This document shows positions 43,895-54,557 of a stretch of DNA of 64,000 nucleotides, in pieces. Made by a program: the position numbers and the translations under genes. Each line of letters opens with the position of its first letter. Position 1 is the stretch's first letter. This stretch comes from an uncultured Spirochaetota bacterium (lineage in GTDB: Bacteria > Spirochaetota > Brevinematia > Brevinematales > JAOACQ01). The DNA is taken from NCBI GenBank assembly GCA_963835575.1, contig CAWIGG010000005.1, forward strand, positions 192,001 to 256,000. Reading direction: 5' to 3'. The notes beneath the pieces were generated by a model. The model was given only the letters and a program-made list of their open reading frames with translations, did not search any database and was not told where the DNA came from.

Positions 43895-45710
43895 GATACC
43901 GCTGAAAAATGCATTAACATACATTGCTGTAATTATATTAATGTGTCATAATATTTAACATAATTAATTGCAGGGTAATAAAATGAGTTTAAAAAGACAT
44001 AGCCAGGATGAACTATATTCGGTAACTAATTTGATGTCGGATTTACTTGAAGAAACAAACCCATTAAAGATATTTTCCAGGGAAATATATCCCATATTTC
44101 ATGATGGGGATTTTAAACATTTATACTCCAGGAAAGGACGCAATGGAATATCACCGGCATTTCTATCAATGGTTACCATTCTGCAATATTTTGATTCTCT
44201 GTCAGACTCAGAAGCAGCGGAAGCTGTGTATTTGCGGCTGGATTGGAAATACGCATTACATTTGCCGATCGAGAAAGTTTTCATTTTTGACTCTAGCACA
44301 CTCTGTAATTTCAGAAAGCGTTTTCGGAATAATGGAGAAGAAAATAACGCCTTTAAGAAAATGGTGGAGTTTTGCCGGGAAAAAGGTTTGATTAAAAGTA
44401 ATTCACACCAGCGTATTGACGCGACTCATATTGTAAAACATTTAAACCGGATATCAACGACAGAACTACTCTTCAGAACTGTGCGAGTATTACTGGAAGT
44501 ATTAGAAAGAAATAATCCCGTGTGGTATGAAGAAAATATTCCAGCGGATTTGATTGAACGCTACTCAAAGAAATTCAGTTCATTCGGGATGTCAAAGGGG
44601 AAGAGATCGGACAAGCAGGCGGAGATTGTGGAAGATGGCTATCGAATAACGCGGATGATTGAGGGTTCTAAGATAGAAAATGAAGAAGTCTTGAAACAGC
44701 TAAAAATAATGAAAACCGTATTTCAGGAAAATGTGATCATTCGAGAAAAAGAAGTAGGTGAAAAAGTGTTTATAGAAGTGGATGAAATAGAAAAGCCGAT
44801 GCAGAGCGTAATTGACCCGCGGGATACAACCATTCAATTAGGAAAGAAAGGAAAAACAAGCTGGTCAGGCGAGAAATGCCATATCGTTGAAACAGCAAAC
44901 AAAGGCGAGGTGAATTTCATAGTTGATATGATACCACAATCAAACAAGGAAAATGACAATAAAATATTACCGGAATTGGATAGAAGGAATGAAAATTCAA
45001 AATTAAATCCGAAGAAAATCTTTGCGGATAGCAATTATATCAGCAGCAGCGCGATTAAAGAATATGAAGATAAAGACCAGGTACTGATGGGATATATACA
45101 AAAAACTTCAAACGAAGTTCCGGCAGAATTCAGATTGGATAAATTTTCAATAGATATTCAAAACCGGAAAGCTGTCTGTCCGGCAGGAAAGACGAATGAT
45201 TCCTGGAATTTTAGTGAGAAAAGTAATTCGTATCAAGTGTCCTTTCACATGAAACATGCGGAAATTGTATAAATTATGGGTTATGTGTCAGAAGAACAAG
45301 TAAAAAGTGCGGGGGGCGAAAATTATGTATCACAAAAGAATACACAACTTTGTGCAAGCGGAGAGAAGAACAAAAGACCGATAAATTTAAAGAAGAAATG
45401 AAAGTTCGGGCACAAGTTGAATCGACGATAAGCGCACTGGTTCGATTTCATGGTTTAAGAATGATGAAATATAAAGGAGAATCAGGCCGTTCTCAGCAAT
45501 ATTACATGGCAGCCTGTGCTTTAAATTTAAAGAGATTTGTCAAAAAGTTAGTTTTAGAGATGAATTAAGGGAATTATGAAGTAGAATCATCTACTTTTAT
45601 TTGGATTTGGCGTCATTTTTGTTTTTGTGTCTTCAAGTGTTCAATTTTTTAAATCTTGAAGTTATCTAAGGAAATCGGTTTTTGTAAAGGTGCTATTTTT
45701 CAGCGGTATC
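43895..45710 (+). mobile_element. IS1182-family insertion sequence
   Basis: IRs GATACCGCTGAAAAAT / ATTTTTCAGCGGTATC with flanking duplication ATCCTT (or TCCT if the IR is extended by 1 bp). Confidence 0.85.
43983..45568 (+). pseudogene. IS1182-family transposase, frameshifted near 45245
   Basis: QRIDATH, FADSNY, CPAGK, RAQVESTIS; one extra T would restore SFSHETCGNC. Confidence 0.85.
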
Positions 45711-46074
45711 ATCCTTGGCGGCATGTATCTCTCTTCTATAATATATATAGCAGAATGCCATTGTCGATAGATTCAATCTTTAATAACTATTCTAAAAGCT
45801 GGAAAGGGAAAACCGCAGAGGGTTGCTACGTCTGGTAAACGGCTCTTTTATGATTAATTAGGCTCTTGATTGTATGATTATACTTTTTAGAAGTAGTCGG
45901 CCGGTCCCTGAGTAGCCCGAAGGGCGTATCGAAGGACCGGCTGCGGGCAAAACTACGCCCTCTGTGGGATGCCCTGTGTTTCAATCCATAATTTAGGAAG
46001 TACCGCATCCGGAAAAGTTTATTCTATGCCCCGCCGGGGGACAATATTGAAGGAAAAATAAAAAAAAAGTAGAT

Positions 46075-46140
46075 ACAAAAGCGTCATTGCGAGCGTCATA
46101 CTTGCTCCTTTGCCGCTGACTTCAGCGCGAAGCAATCTGT
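46075..46140 (+). repeat. GTCATTGCGAG...GAAGCAATCT repeat; second copy at about 48089-48155
   Basis: TACAAAAGCGTCATTGCGAGCG...GCGCGAAGCAATCTGT at both sites. Confidence 0.8.
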
Positions 46141-46334
46141 CGAAAAAATAAAGATGTTTTAATAAAAGAGAAGTACAAAAGCCCGGACACCGAGCGATGC
46201 ACTGAGCAACGTCGAAGTGTGATTTCCGAAGGAAATTGTATCGAGGTGTCCGTATTAAATTTCGCCCCATCAATATTTGCCATCCCGGCGTTAAATAAAT
46301 TATTATTTTGATATATTTGTCAAAGAGAAAACAA

Positions 46335-47776
46335 ATGAATTTTTTGAACGGCTGCAAAATCGAGAAAATCGGCGGCGATTCCTTCAGCATCTCAGCCGGC
46401 GCGGAAACCGATTATTTTATCGACAAACTGACCAGCTATGACATGCATAACGCTCCCTTCTATTATAGTGATGTCGAGGGCGGCTTTATCATCCAGGCCC
46501 GGATTGCGCCGGATTTTATGGAGACTTATGACGCTGGCGGTGATGTGGGGGGCGGCGCTGGCTGCCATGCCTGACGGCAGGCAGGCGCCAGCACCGTCCT
46601 ATTAGACCTCATGCAGAATTCGGAAAAATTGTACGCTCAGGTAACCTCAAGAGACAGAGGGTGCCCTTTAAGACATCCCCTTTGCTTGATAACATTGCTG
46701 GTATCATTACAGCAAGGTCAAGCCCATTGAGCTGGAGTTCCTCACTTCTTTATTACTGGCAGATATAAATAGGACTATAATAATTGGCGACGAACGCGAA
46801 ATTTTCAGGATAAATATTACCGTTAACCACCTCATCTTCGGCATAAACCCAAACATAAAACTGATATTCACCCGCCACCGGGATAGTATATGTAACTGTA
46901 AATGTTCCCCCATTTAAACAATAGATGTTATTAGGAGGAAGTATGATAGAATTGTAGGGAGTATTCATCCACGGGATTGAATGCATATTTAAGAAATTTA
47001 TACCGGGCGCGATATAGTTATTGACAGTCCATGTAAAAGAAACTTGAGTTCCCTTTGATTGTAATGGTATACGGATTATCGGGTAGTTGGTATTAATGCC
47101 GGCTTTGTTTGAATTTGGAACAATTGCTTTAGGCTGAGAATCCGGGGAATTACTTATCCCCGGCTGATTGGAGCACCCTATGCACAAAGCGATTAATAAA
47201 CCGGGGACTAACCAGTTTGACTTGATTTTCATAAATCATCTCCTTAAATTTAATTTTTAGGTTAAGAACTGAAATACTTGTATAATAGATGAACAGCAAG
47301 ATATTTTTTACCTCCTTCCCGCCGGGTTTTTAAAAAGTATCCCGTTTATTCTTAACCATTATTATGACTATGTAGAATATCCGCATTCTTTTTTTATATT
47401 ACCTTATCTTGATCCATTCTACTGCCATCGGTCTGAAAAATCTACTTAAGGCCAAAGTAAGGATATATATATTAGTAAAAACCCTTCAAAAAAATGCAAT
47501 TATTTTATAATGAATTGTATTATAATGAATTATGCATAAAATCGGATGCGGGCACGGTGTCCATCCGCGTTTCAAGGAAAGGCGATTACTGGGCCGTTCA
47601 TTACTCCATCAACGGCCTGGATTGGAAAAATGGTGCGGTATTTCCCGCTCGGGCTCAAAAAGAGGGCCGGGGCGGGGGTCTTTGCGCAGTCACCATTGGG
47701 GAAGGGGTGCGGGGTGGTCTTCGAAGGGCTGGTGATAGGGAGGAATGAGTTTAAGGATTTGAGAAAAGTGGTATAA
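46335..47776 (+). pseudogene. DUF1349-like gene broken into 5' (46335-~46545) and 3' (~47530-47776) fragments
   Basis: ISAGAETDYFID...NAPFYY...PDFMETYDAGG and IRVSRKGDYWAVHYSING.DW, VRYF...GVFAQSPLGKG are DUF1349-type motifs. Confidence 0.65.
46753..47232 (-). CDS. Hypothetical lipoprotein
   Basis: Lipobox CIGC, SD AAGGAG. Confidence 0.7.
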   Translation of the reverse strand: MKIKSNWLVPGLLIALCIGCSNQPGISNSPDSQPKAIVPNSNKAGINTNYPIIRIPLQSKGTQVSFTWTVNNYIAPGINFLNMHSIPWMNTPYNSIILPPNNIYCLNGGTFTVTYTIPVAGEYQFYVWVYAEDEVVNGNIYPENFAFVANYYSPIYICQ

Positions 47777-48356
47777 TGTTGCCGCTGGGGTATTAACCAC
47801 GAAGAACACGAAGGACACGAAGACACACCAACGGAAGTGGGGAACGGACGGGGAAATCCGCGAATGTACGCGAAGGGAGGATGAGATATAATACTGAAGA
47901 TTTTATACGATTAAAAATATTGTAAGAGAATTTTTTTCATAATATCCGATTTTTCACACAGATTTTCACGGATGAAGGCGGATTTTTGAGGATTTAGTTA
48001 TTGTTTAAGATAGCTGATTAGTAAAAGTATTATTTCAACGCTGAGCCGCAGGATGCGGAGAACAAAAAAGAATACAAGAGCCATTCCATACAAAAGCGTC
48101 ATTGCGAGCGACATGCTCTCTCCTTTGTCTCTGACTTTAGCGCGAAGCAATCTGTTTGCTTAAAAATGGGCCGTCGGGTCAAGGCCGGGGCCGCGGTGCA
48201 GTCGCCAATGGGGTGGAGTGCGGAGGTGGACTTTTGTTCACTTTCTTTGTCCAAGCGGCGACAATGCCTCGACCAGGCTCGGCAACCGCAATTCCTTTAT
48301 TATGTAATAAAAGCCAAGAAAGCGATGTCCCGAGCGAAGTCGAGGGGAAAACAGGT

Positions 48357-48625
48357 CGAGGCCATTTTCATACGAAGCTGTCTGATCGTATAGAGGTGTG
48401 TCATCCGGCTTTTGAAAAACGATGCCTAATAAAAATAGCCTCCTTATTACGCTGTCCATAGCTTTATGCGTCGGTTGCGGCATCCCTTCGATATGCCCTT
48501 TGGGTTACTCAGGGCAGGCCCTGCCGCAAGCATGTATCTCTCTTCTATTATTATGATAACGGATGACACATCAATAAATTGAGATATTTGATGTGCTGAT
48601 TATGGCCATGAGGAAAATGGCCTCG
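48357..48625. mobile_element. MITE-like element copy A (carries an extra ~34-bp REP insert)
   Basis: TIR CGAGGCCATTTTC/GAAAATGGCCTCG, internal IR GTGTCATCCG/CGGATGACAC; near-identical to 50572-50806. Confidence 0.75.
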
Positions 48626-48916
48626 GGAATGGATATTATTTTAGCACTAGAATAAAATTCCTATTGTGAATAAATTATTTTTTGAATAAAATATTGTAAT
48701 GGAAGGAGGAATACTATATTAATTATACAAATGCTTTTTACGAGGAAGGGATCGCTCAAAAAAATGTAATTATTAATATTTTTTCCGAATTTTGCAAAAT
48801 TAAGGATGTTCAAGCGTATTATTAACAGGAACGGAATTTTACTTTACGGCCGCTCAGATCAGTATTCCAGTAGAAATGAGAGTAAGGATTTAAAGATAAA
48901 TTAGCGAGGTAAAATT

Positions 48917-49849
48917 ATGAAAGGATTTATTTTATTTGTTGCCTTTTTATTCGCGTTCAGTTCTGGAGTTTTTTCCGAGAAATATCATGGCGGGGATTAT
49001 TTCGGCGATCTTTCCGATAATGCGATTCTATACGGGAAGTGTGAAAGCCCGACAAACTTCAAGTGGGGATACCTGGACAAAGATCATAAAACGCTCATCA
49101 GTCCCCAGTATCACGCAGCCTCCTCTTTTTCCAACGGGACTGCCTTGATCGAGATGCCGGAAGGCAAATATTTCACTATCGATAAGAATGGTCAGATCAT
49201 AAAGGAGCATTTTCTCAGCGCCAAGGTAGAATACAGCAAAAACGACGATGATATCTATTATAAAAAGGGCGACATTCTCAATGTTCTGGCCTTATCGGGA
49301 TTGAACCTGAGGGAAGAGCCTTCAGTCGGTTCGAAATCGATCGTGAAGGTGAATTGCGGGGAATCCGTGGAAGTCCTGGAACTGCCCTCGGTAAAGTTTA
49401 CCTTCGAGAAAATAAACGGCTACTGGCTGAAAGTGAAATACAGGGAAAAAGAAGGCTATATTTTCGACGGGTATCTTTCAAAATATCCGGCTCCGGAAAA
49501 CAAGGGGAAAGAATGGGATAAAATCTCAGAATATGTTGAAAAACAAGTACAAGTAGGGAAACCGGTTAATTCCATAAGCTTAATAGTAACCCCCCCTTAT
49601 GATGATTACGATTCCTCTGAAGTAGAATATATAGTCGAATTTAAAGGCAATATTTACATTCATTCTATTTCAGGTTATGAGAACAGAACCGAAAAATTCT
49701 ACCTTCCCGATGTCCGGCTGAGCGAGGCCAGGATCATCGGCCTGTTATGCGGCGGGATTCAGGCCCAGGATAAGACCAAGCCTTATTATTTCTATGTCGA
49801 AAGGGATCAGAACGGACATATCTATATAGAATTTGACGTAGCATATTAA
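48917..49849 (+). CDS. Exported WG-repeat plus SH3 domain protein
   Basis: Signal peptide, KWGYLDK...FSNGTA, GLNLREEPS...GYWLKV...EGYIFDGYL. Confidence 0.82.
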   Translation: MKGFILFVAFLFAFSSGVFSEKYHGGDYFGDLSDNAILYGKCESPTNFKWGYLDKDHKTLISPQYHAASSFSNGTALIEMPEGKYFTIDKNGQIIKEHFLSAKVEYSKNDDDIYYKKGDILNVLALSGLNLREEPSVGSKSIVKVNCGESVEVLELPSVKFTFEKINGYWLKVKYREKEGYIFDGYLSKYPAPENKGKEWDKISEYVEKQVQVGKPVNSISLIVTPPYDDYDSSEVEYIVEFKGNIYIHSISGYENRTEKFYLPDVRLSEARIIGLLCGGIQAQDKTKPYYFYVERDQNGHIYIEFDVAY

Positions 49850-49867
49850 AGCAAAATTAGAGGAATT

Positions 49868-50449
49868 ATGAATAAGAAATTTGTTTTCGGATTTATTTCC
49901 GGACTTATTCTAGGTGCGATTGCGGCATTTATTACTGATTATTTCTTAATACATTATGATCCCCTCGCTGACAAATCATATTACAAGAATCTCACAATTC
50001 AGAATGATTCGACCAATTCCGAGCTGGCCGCTTATACGATAGATGCAAAGTTTTACGATATAAACGGCACAGGTAAGGATAATCTTGCAATTAAGTTTTA
50101 TAAAAATGAGAATAACGGGAAATTTTATTTGCAATTTATCGGAAATAACAACACCAATTCGATTGACAATCCCGGCATACCGATCGATAAAATCCGGGTT
50201 TCCTACGATTCCAATCTTAATATTTATCATCAATATCTCTATGATAAAAACTATGGCTGTGTCGTGACTTTAGAAAGCCATCTGTTTGACGGCATCAGTT
50301 TCTATAAAATATTATCTTATGGAACAGTTCTGAGCAATAATAATTTACTGGATTATTTTGAAACTAATGATTACAACTATTCCAGATATATTTTTAATGA
50401 ATTCAATTTTTCAGATACCAATCGTTACTATATTGAAAACGATAAATAA
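49868..50449 (+). CDS. Membrane-anchored hypothetical protein
   Basis: SD GAGGA, N-terminal TM helix. Confidence 0.65.
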   Translation: MNKKFVFGFISGLILGAIAAFITDYFLIHYDPLADKSYYKNLTIQNDSTNSELAAYTIDAKFYDINGTGKDNLAIKFYKNENNGKFYLQFIGNNNTNSIDNPGIPIDKIRVSYDSNLNIYHQYLYDKNYGCVVTLESHLFDGISFYKILSYGTVLSNNNLLDYFETNDYNYSRYIFNEFNFSDTNRYYIENDK

Positions 50450-50571
50450 AATAATACCGGCAGCTTCCTCATCCCAGGGTAATGTTTTATCCTGACAGGC
50501 TGTTGGGGGTTTTACGATATTTCTTTCTTTTCGAAAAGAAAGAAATATCGCGCTAAAGAAAGAAAACAGGT

Positions 50572-50806
50572 CGAGGCCATTTTCATACGATGCTGTCTGA
50601 TCGTGTGGAGGTGTGTCATCCGGTTTTTGAAAAACAATTCCTAATTAAAATAGCCTCCTTATATCGCCGTCCGATGGCTTTATGCGTCGGTTTTGACATC
50701 CGTGTCAAAAGCATGCGCCTCTCTTCTATTATTATAATAACGGATGACACGTCAATAAATCGAGATATTTGATGTGCTGATTATGGCCAGGAGGAAAATG
50801 GCCTCG
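50572..50806. mobile_element. MITE-like element copy B
   Basis: Same TIRs and body as 48357-48625. Confidence 0.75.
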
Positions 50807-50858
50807 GGAACGGATGGGGTAACCCGATGCACGGAAAATATTTTTTAAAAGAATTCTT

Positions 50859-52378
50859 GTAACTATCCAGCCACTAAAAAATAGTCACATGAAATATTTG
50901 CATTGAGCATGAAACCATGCTATTCTATAGCATGAATGAAGATAGAAGAGAAAAAGACTGTGCGGCCTGCTTAAAACGATTTGAAGGCATCATTGCTGAT
51001 TTACAAAACCAGATAAAGGAGCAGGGTTTAATCATTCAAAGACAAGCGGAAAAGATTAAGAAATTGGAAGAACAGCTTAATAAGGACAGCCATAACAGCA
51101 ATAAACCGCCGTCTTCCGATAATCCATTCCAAAATACAGTAAAGAATTTACGGAAAAAGAGCGGTAAAAAACAAGGCGGCCAGTTTGGACATAAGGGAAA
51201 TACTCTGAAGAAAGTAGAAAGCCCTGATAAGATCATAGAACATCAGGTTGAAAAATGTTCCTGTTGTGGAATTGATTTAAGTTCCGAATCAGTTAAGCGG
51301 ACGGAAAGAAGGCAGGTGTTCGATATACCTCCGATAAAAGTGGAAGTTACCGAACATCGCTCGGAAGTAAAAGATTGTCCGCATTGCGGTGCGAGAGTAA
51401 CGGCGGAGTTTCCGGAAGGCATAACCAATAAGGCACAGTATGGAAAAAACATTAAAGCGCATCTGGTCTATATGAAAACATATGGGTTGATACCCTATGA
51501 AAGGCTTTCGGAATACGCCGAATGTTTATTGGGAGTGCCGCTCAGCAAGGCAACGATTGAAGGATTTATCCGGGAGACCTACAATAAATTAGAAGAGTAT
51601 GAACAGAAAGTCATAGAACTGATACTAAAAGAAGTGGTTCTTCACTGTGATGAAACCGGTATTCGGATAAAAGGGTTATTAAAATGGCTCCATGTTGCCT
51701 CGAATGAACGTTTTACCTATTATTTTTCTCATGACAAACGCGGCACAGAGGCGATGCGTGCGATGGACATTCTCACAAGATTTACCGGTATTATTATCCA
51801 CGATGGATGGAAAAGTTATCTGGAATTCTTATGCCGTCATGGATTGTGTAATGTACACCATTTGAGAGAGCTAATCTGGATACATGAGGAAATGGGTCAG
51901 GAATGGGCTAAGGAGATGGGTAATCTTCTTATAAGGATTAAGAATGATAAAGAGGCAAGTTTTCCAATACCGGCGGAAAGGATTATAGAATATGATACGG
52001 AATATGACCGGATCATCGCGAAAGGATTTGCTGTAAATCCAACGCCTGAAAAGCCGGAAGGACTTGTTAAACGCGGCAGAAAAAAGCGGGGCAAGGTTTT
52101 ATGCCTATTAGACCGATTAAGAAAATATAAAGAATCTGTCCTTTTATTTATGCGGGAAAAAGATGTTCCATTCAGCAACAATTTGGCGGAACGGGATATC
52201 AGAATGATAAAAGTCCAGCAGAAAATATCAGGTACATTCAGAAGCTGGAATGGAGCGGCTGCCTTTTGCAGAATCAGGGGTTATATATCTACAGTAAAAA
52301 AGATGGGCGTCAGTGTTTATCAAGCCCTTATTGACGCGTTGAACGGCTCCGCTATTAAATATGCGGCTGGATAGTTAC
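50859..52378 (+). mobile_element. IS66-family element (single-ORF, ISBst12-like), 1520 bp
   Basis: IRs GTAACTATCCAGCC / GGCTGGATAGTTAC, 8-bp TSD GAATTCTT. Confidence 0.95.
50932..52374 (+). CDS. IS66-family transposase (TnpC)
   Basis: KDSHNSNKPPSSD, Zn finger, HCDETG, IHDGW, FSNNLAERDIR. Confidence 0.95.
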   Translation: MNEDRREKDCAACLKRFEGIIADLQNQIKEQGLIIQRQAEKIKKLEEQLNKDSHNSNKPPSSDNPFQNTVKNLRKKSGKKQGGQFGHKGNTLKKVESPDKIIEHQVEKCSCCGIDLSSESVKRTERRQVFDIPPIKVEVTEHRSEVKDCPHCGARVTAEFPEGITNKAQYGKNIKAHLVYMKTYGLIPYERLSEYAECLLGVPLSKATIEGFIRETYNKLEEYEQKVIELILKEVVLHCDETGIRIKGLLKWLHVASNERFTYYFSHDKRGTEAMRAMDILTRFTGIIIHDGWKSYLEFLCRHGLCNVHHLRELIWIHEEMGQEWAKEMGNLLIRIKNDKEASFPIPAERIIEYDTEYDRIIAKGFAVNPTPEKPEGLVKRGRKKRGKVLCLLDRLRKYKESVLLFMREKDVPFSNNLAERDIRMIKVQQKISGTFRSWNGAAAFCRIRGYISTVKKMGVSVYQALIDALNGSAIKYAAG

Positions 52379-53132
52379 GAATTCTTTTTCATAATATCCG
52401 ATTGTTCACGCGGATTTTCAAGATTACAGCAGATTTTGAGGATTTAGTTTTGTGGGGAGGGTCTTGATGAGAGGAAGATTCCTGGTTGTTTGGAGATAGA
52501 ATCGGGGTTGAAGGTGGCTTCGCCTGATTGACAGTGGATTTTGATTGAGAATCACTTCTTGATTTTATTAAAGCTTATTTATCGACCCCAATTTCACGCG
52601 GATTCCACGGATTTTGGCGGATTTTAAGGATTTAGTTTATTTAAAGATGCATTCTAAAATAAATCGGTTCCTTACTGTTATTAGTGCGTTTCGGGGATTA
52701 ACAGGATGGCACCCTTCGATATTACTCAGGGTAAACTCCGGCGGGAAGGAGAACGGACGAGGTAATCCGCGAAGGCACGCGAAGAGACGCGAAGGGGATG
52801 GATTTTGAATTTCGATTCTTTATAAAAGCATTTCATACCTTTTTTTATTCTGGCGCTTTTTAACGGGGGTTTTGGGGTGGGCTTCGCCCGGCAGACAGAA
52901 GATTTTGATTGAGAATCCCTTCTTGGTTTATTAAAGCCTATTGATCGACCCCAATTTCACGCGGATTTTCGCGGATTAGGACGGATGCTTCGGCTTCGCT
53001 CAGCACAAGTTTTGGAAGATTTAGTTTTATTAACCTGATTTGTTTACTCGATGGCTGGAAATGTTAGGGGAATGAGGAGGGATGGGGGAGCAGACACGAA
53101 TTGGCACAAATTGGAATATTTTCACGTGAATA

Positions 53133-53480
53133 CTAAATCTGATTACGATTACCTCGCTCAAATATACAAGTCATTCCTTTAAACAAATTATTTTTATATA
53201 TAGTAATATTATTTCTTATCTTGAATTGAGATTCATTTATAATAATAGGATGAATCAACATTTTATTATTCTTTGAAATATTATATATCATGGAGATTAT
53301 ATCAACATCATTAATTTCATCATATAAGACCACCAAAATATCTATATCTGAATCTCTTCTATAATAATATGCTTGACTACCAAGTAGATATATTTTTTTT
53401 ATCTCAGACTTTGCTTGTGCACTTTCTTCAATTTCTTTTATTATGCTCTTTAATTCTTCTGGGATATTTTTTGATTTCAT
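53133..53480 (-). CDS. Minimal nucleotidyltransferase (MNT) domain protein
   Basis: IYLLGSQA...DSDIDILVV (GS...DxD). Confidence 0.85.
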   Translation of the reverse strand: MKSKNIPEELKSIIKEIEESAQAKSEIKKIYLLGSQAYYYRRDSDIDILVVLYDEINDVDIISMIYNISKNNKMLIHPIIINESQFKIRNNITIYKNNLFKGMTCIFERGNRNQI

Positions 53481-53769
53481 CCACTAACTCCCTTATTTTA
53501 AGTTGCTGTTCAGACCTGTTTAATTCAAGCCGTTTTTCCAGAGATTTTCTATAATCAATAAATTCTTTAATCGCCTGACTAAAGTAATGATCTTCCATCT
53601 GATTTTTATTCAGATTATCTTTCCGTTTTATTTCTTCCAATTGATTATAGTTTTCTTCAATATTGTTGTATCCAGCCACAATATTTTTCCTTAGCTTAGC
53701 CACGATATTTTTCCAATAATAATAATAAAAAAGACGGGATAAATTTCCCGGCCAATTAGTCATTTCCAT
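53428..53769 (-). CDS. Small helical hypothetical protein
   Basis: Overlaps both the ATPase stop and the MNT start (translational coupling). Confidence 0.55.
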   Translation of the reverse strand: MEMTNWPGNLSRLFYYYYWKNIVAKLRKNIVAGYNNIEENYNQLEEIKRKDNLNKNQMEDHYFSQAIKEFIDYRKSLEKRLELNRSEQQLKIRELVDEIKKYPRRIKEHNKRN

Positions 53770-54557
53770 TCTGATTTTGCTTGATCAAATATAAGATCAT
53801 CTACAATTTTTTTGCCATTTGACATAGCTGCTAAAAGGAGTGTAGTGCAGATTCGATTTATTATTCTTGGAATTCCAGAAGATTCGTCATGTATTTTAGA
53901 TATGACTGAATCCGTGAATATAGCTGCGGTACTTCCTGCTATATTTAAATGATGCCGTATATAACCACAGCTATCTTCTAATAGCATTCCTTCCAAATGA
54001 AACTTTACAGTAATTCGCTGCCTTAATGCTTCATTTTCCAAACCCGCAAACCTTTGCATAAGTAGTTTATGGCCTGAAAAAATAAAGTTAACAAGAGATC
54101 TGGTGTCAAAATCAAAATTTGAAAGTAACCTTATCTCTTCCAAAATAAAACCCGGAAGATTTTGAGCTTCATCCAGAATTATAACCGGCGTTATCTTTTT
54201 GATCATAGCTAATTCCCTAAGTGTTTTTTTTAGAATATTACGACATTCACCAGAGCTATATACCGGTCGAACTTGGAACTCTGACAATATAGTTCGATAG
54301 AAATCTTGTTTTTTATCAAAAGCTATATTCAGATAAACAGACTGATGTGTATTAGGATTCATTGAAGAAGTGAAAAATCGCAGGGCTGTACTCTTACCAC
54401 TTCCAACTGGACCAGTAAGTAGAAAAAAACCTCCTTCCTCCAGGAAATATTTTAACCTATGTCTGAGATTTTCAAAATCTTTCCATAAAAATGCTTCTTT
54501 CTCTGAAATATCTCGAGAGAATGGTGTTCGAATAAATCCATAATATTGGTTAAGCAT
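53760..54557 (-). CDS. ExeA-like AAA ATPase (transposition helper)
   Basis: YYGF.RTPFS, LTGPVGSGKST, IILDEAQNL, LRQRI, GIPRIINRIC. Confidence 0.9.
   Translation of the reverse strand: MLNQYYGFIRTPFSRDISEKEAFLWKDFENLRHRLKYFLEEGGFFLLTGPVGSGKSTALRFFTSSMNPNTHQSVYLNIAFDKKQDFYRTILSEFQVRPVYSSGECRNILKKTLRELAMIKKITPVIILDEAQNLPGFILEEIRLLSNFDFDTRSLVNFIFSGHKLLMQRFAGLENEALRQRITVKFHLEGMLLEDSCGYIRHHLNIAGSTAAIFTDSVISKIHDESSGIPRIINRICTTLLLAAMSNGKKIVDDLIFDQAKSEWK

Noticed and set aside
43673..43924. 83-aa ORF and similar short ORFs at 45826, 48156-48483 and 50590
   Set aside because: They read through IS ends and MITE/REP repeats; no coding evidence
50515..50550. Perfect 36-bp palindrome CGATATTTCTTTCTTTTCGAAAAGAAAGAAATATCG
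   Set aside because: Real but low-complexity; most simply a terminator-like or REP hairpin after the 49868 gene
47790..53110. CRISPR array
   Set aside because: Repeats are degenerate and irregularly spaced, with no constant repeat-spacer period and no cas genes
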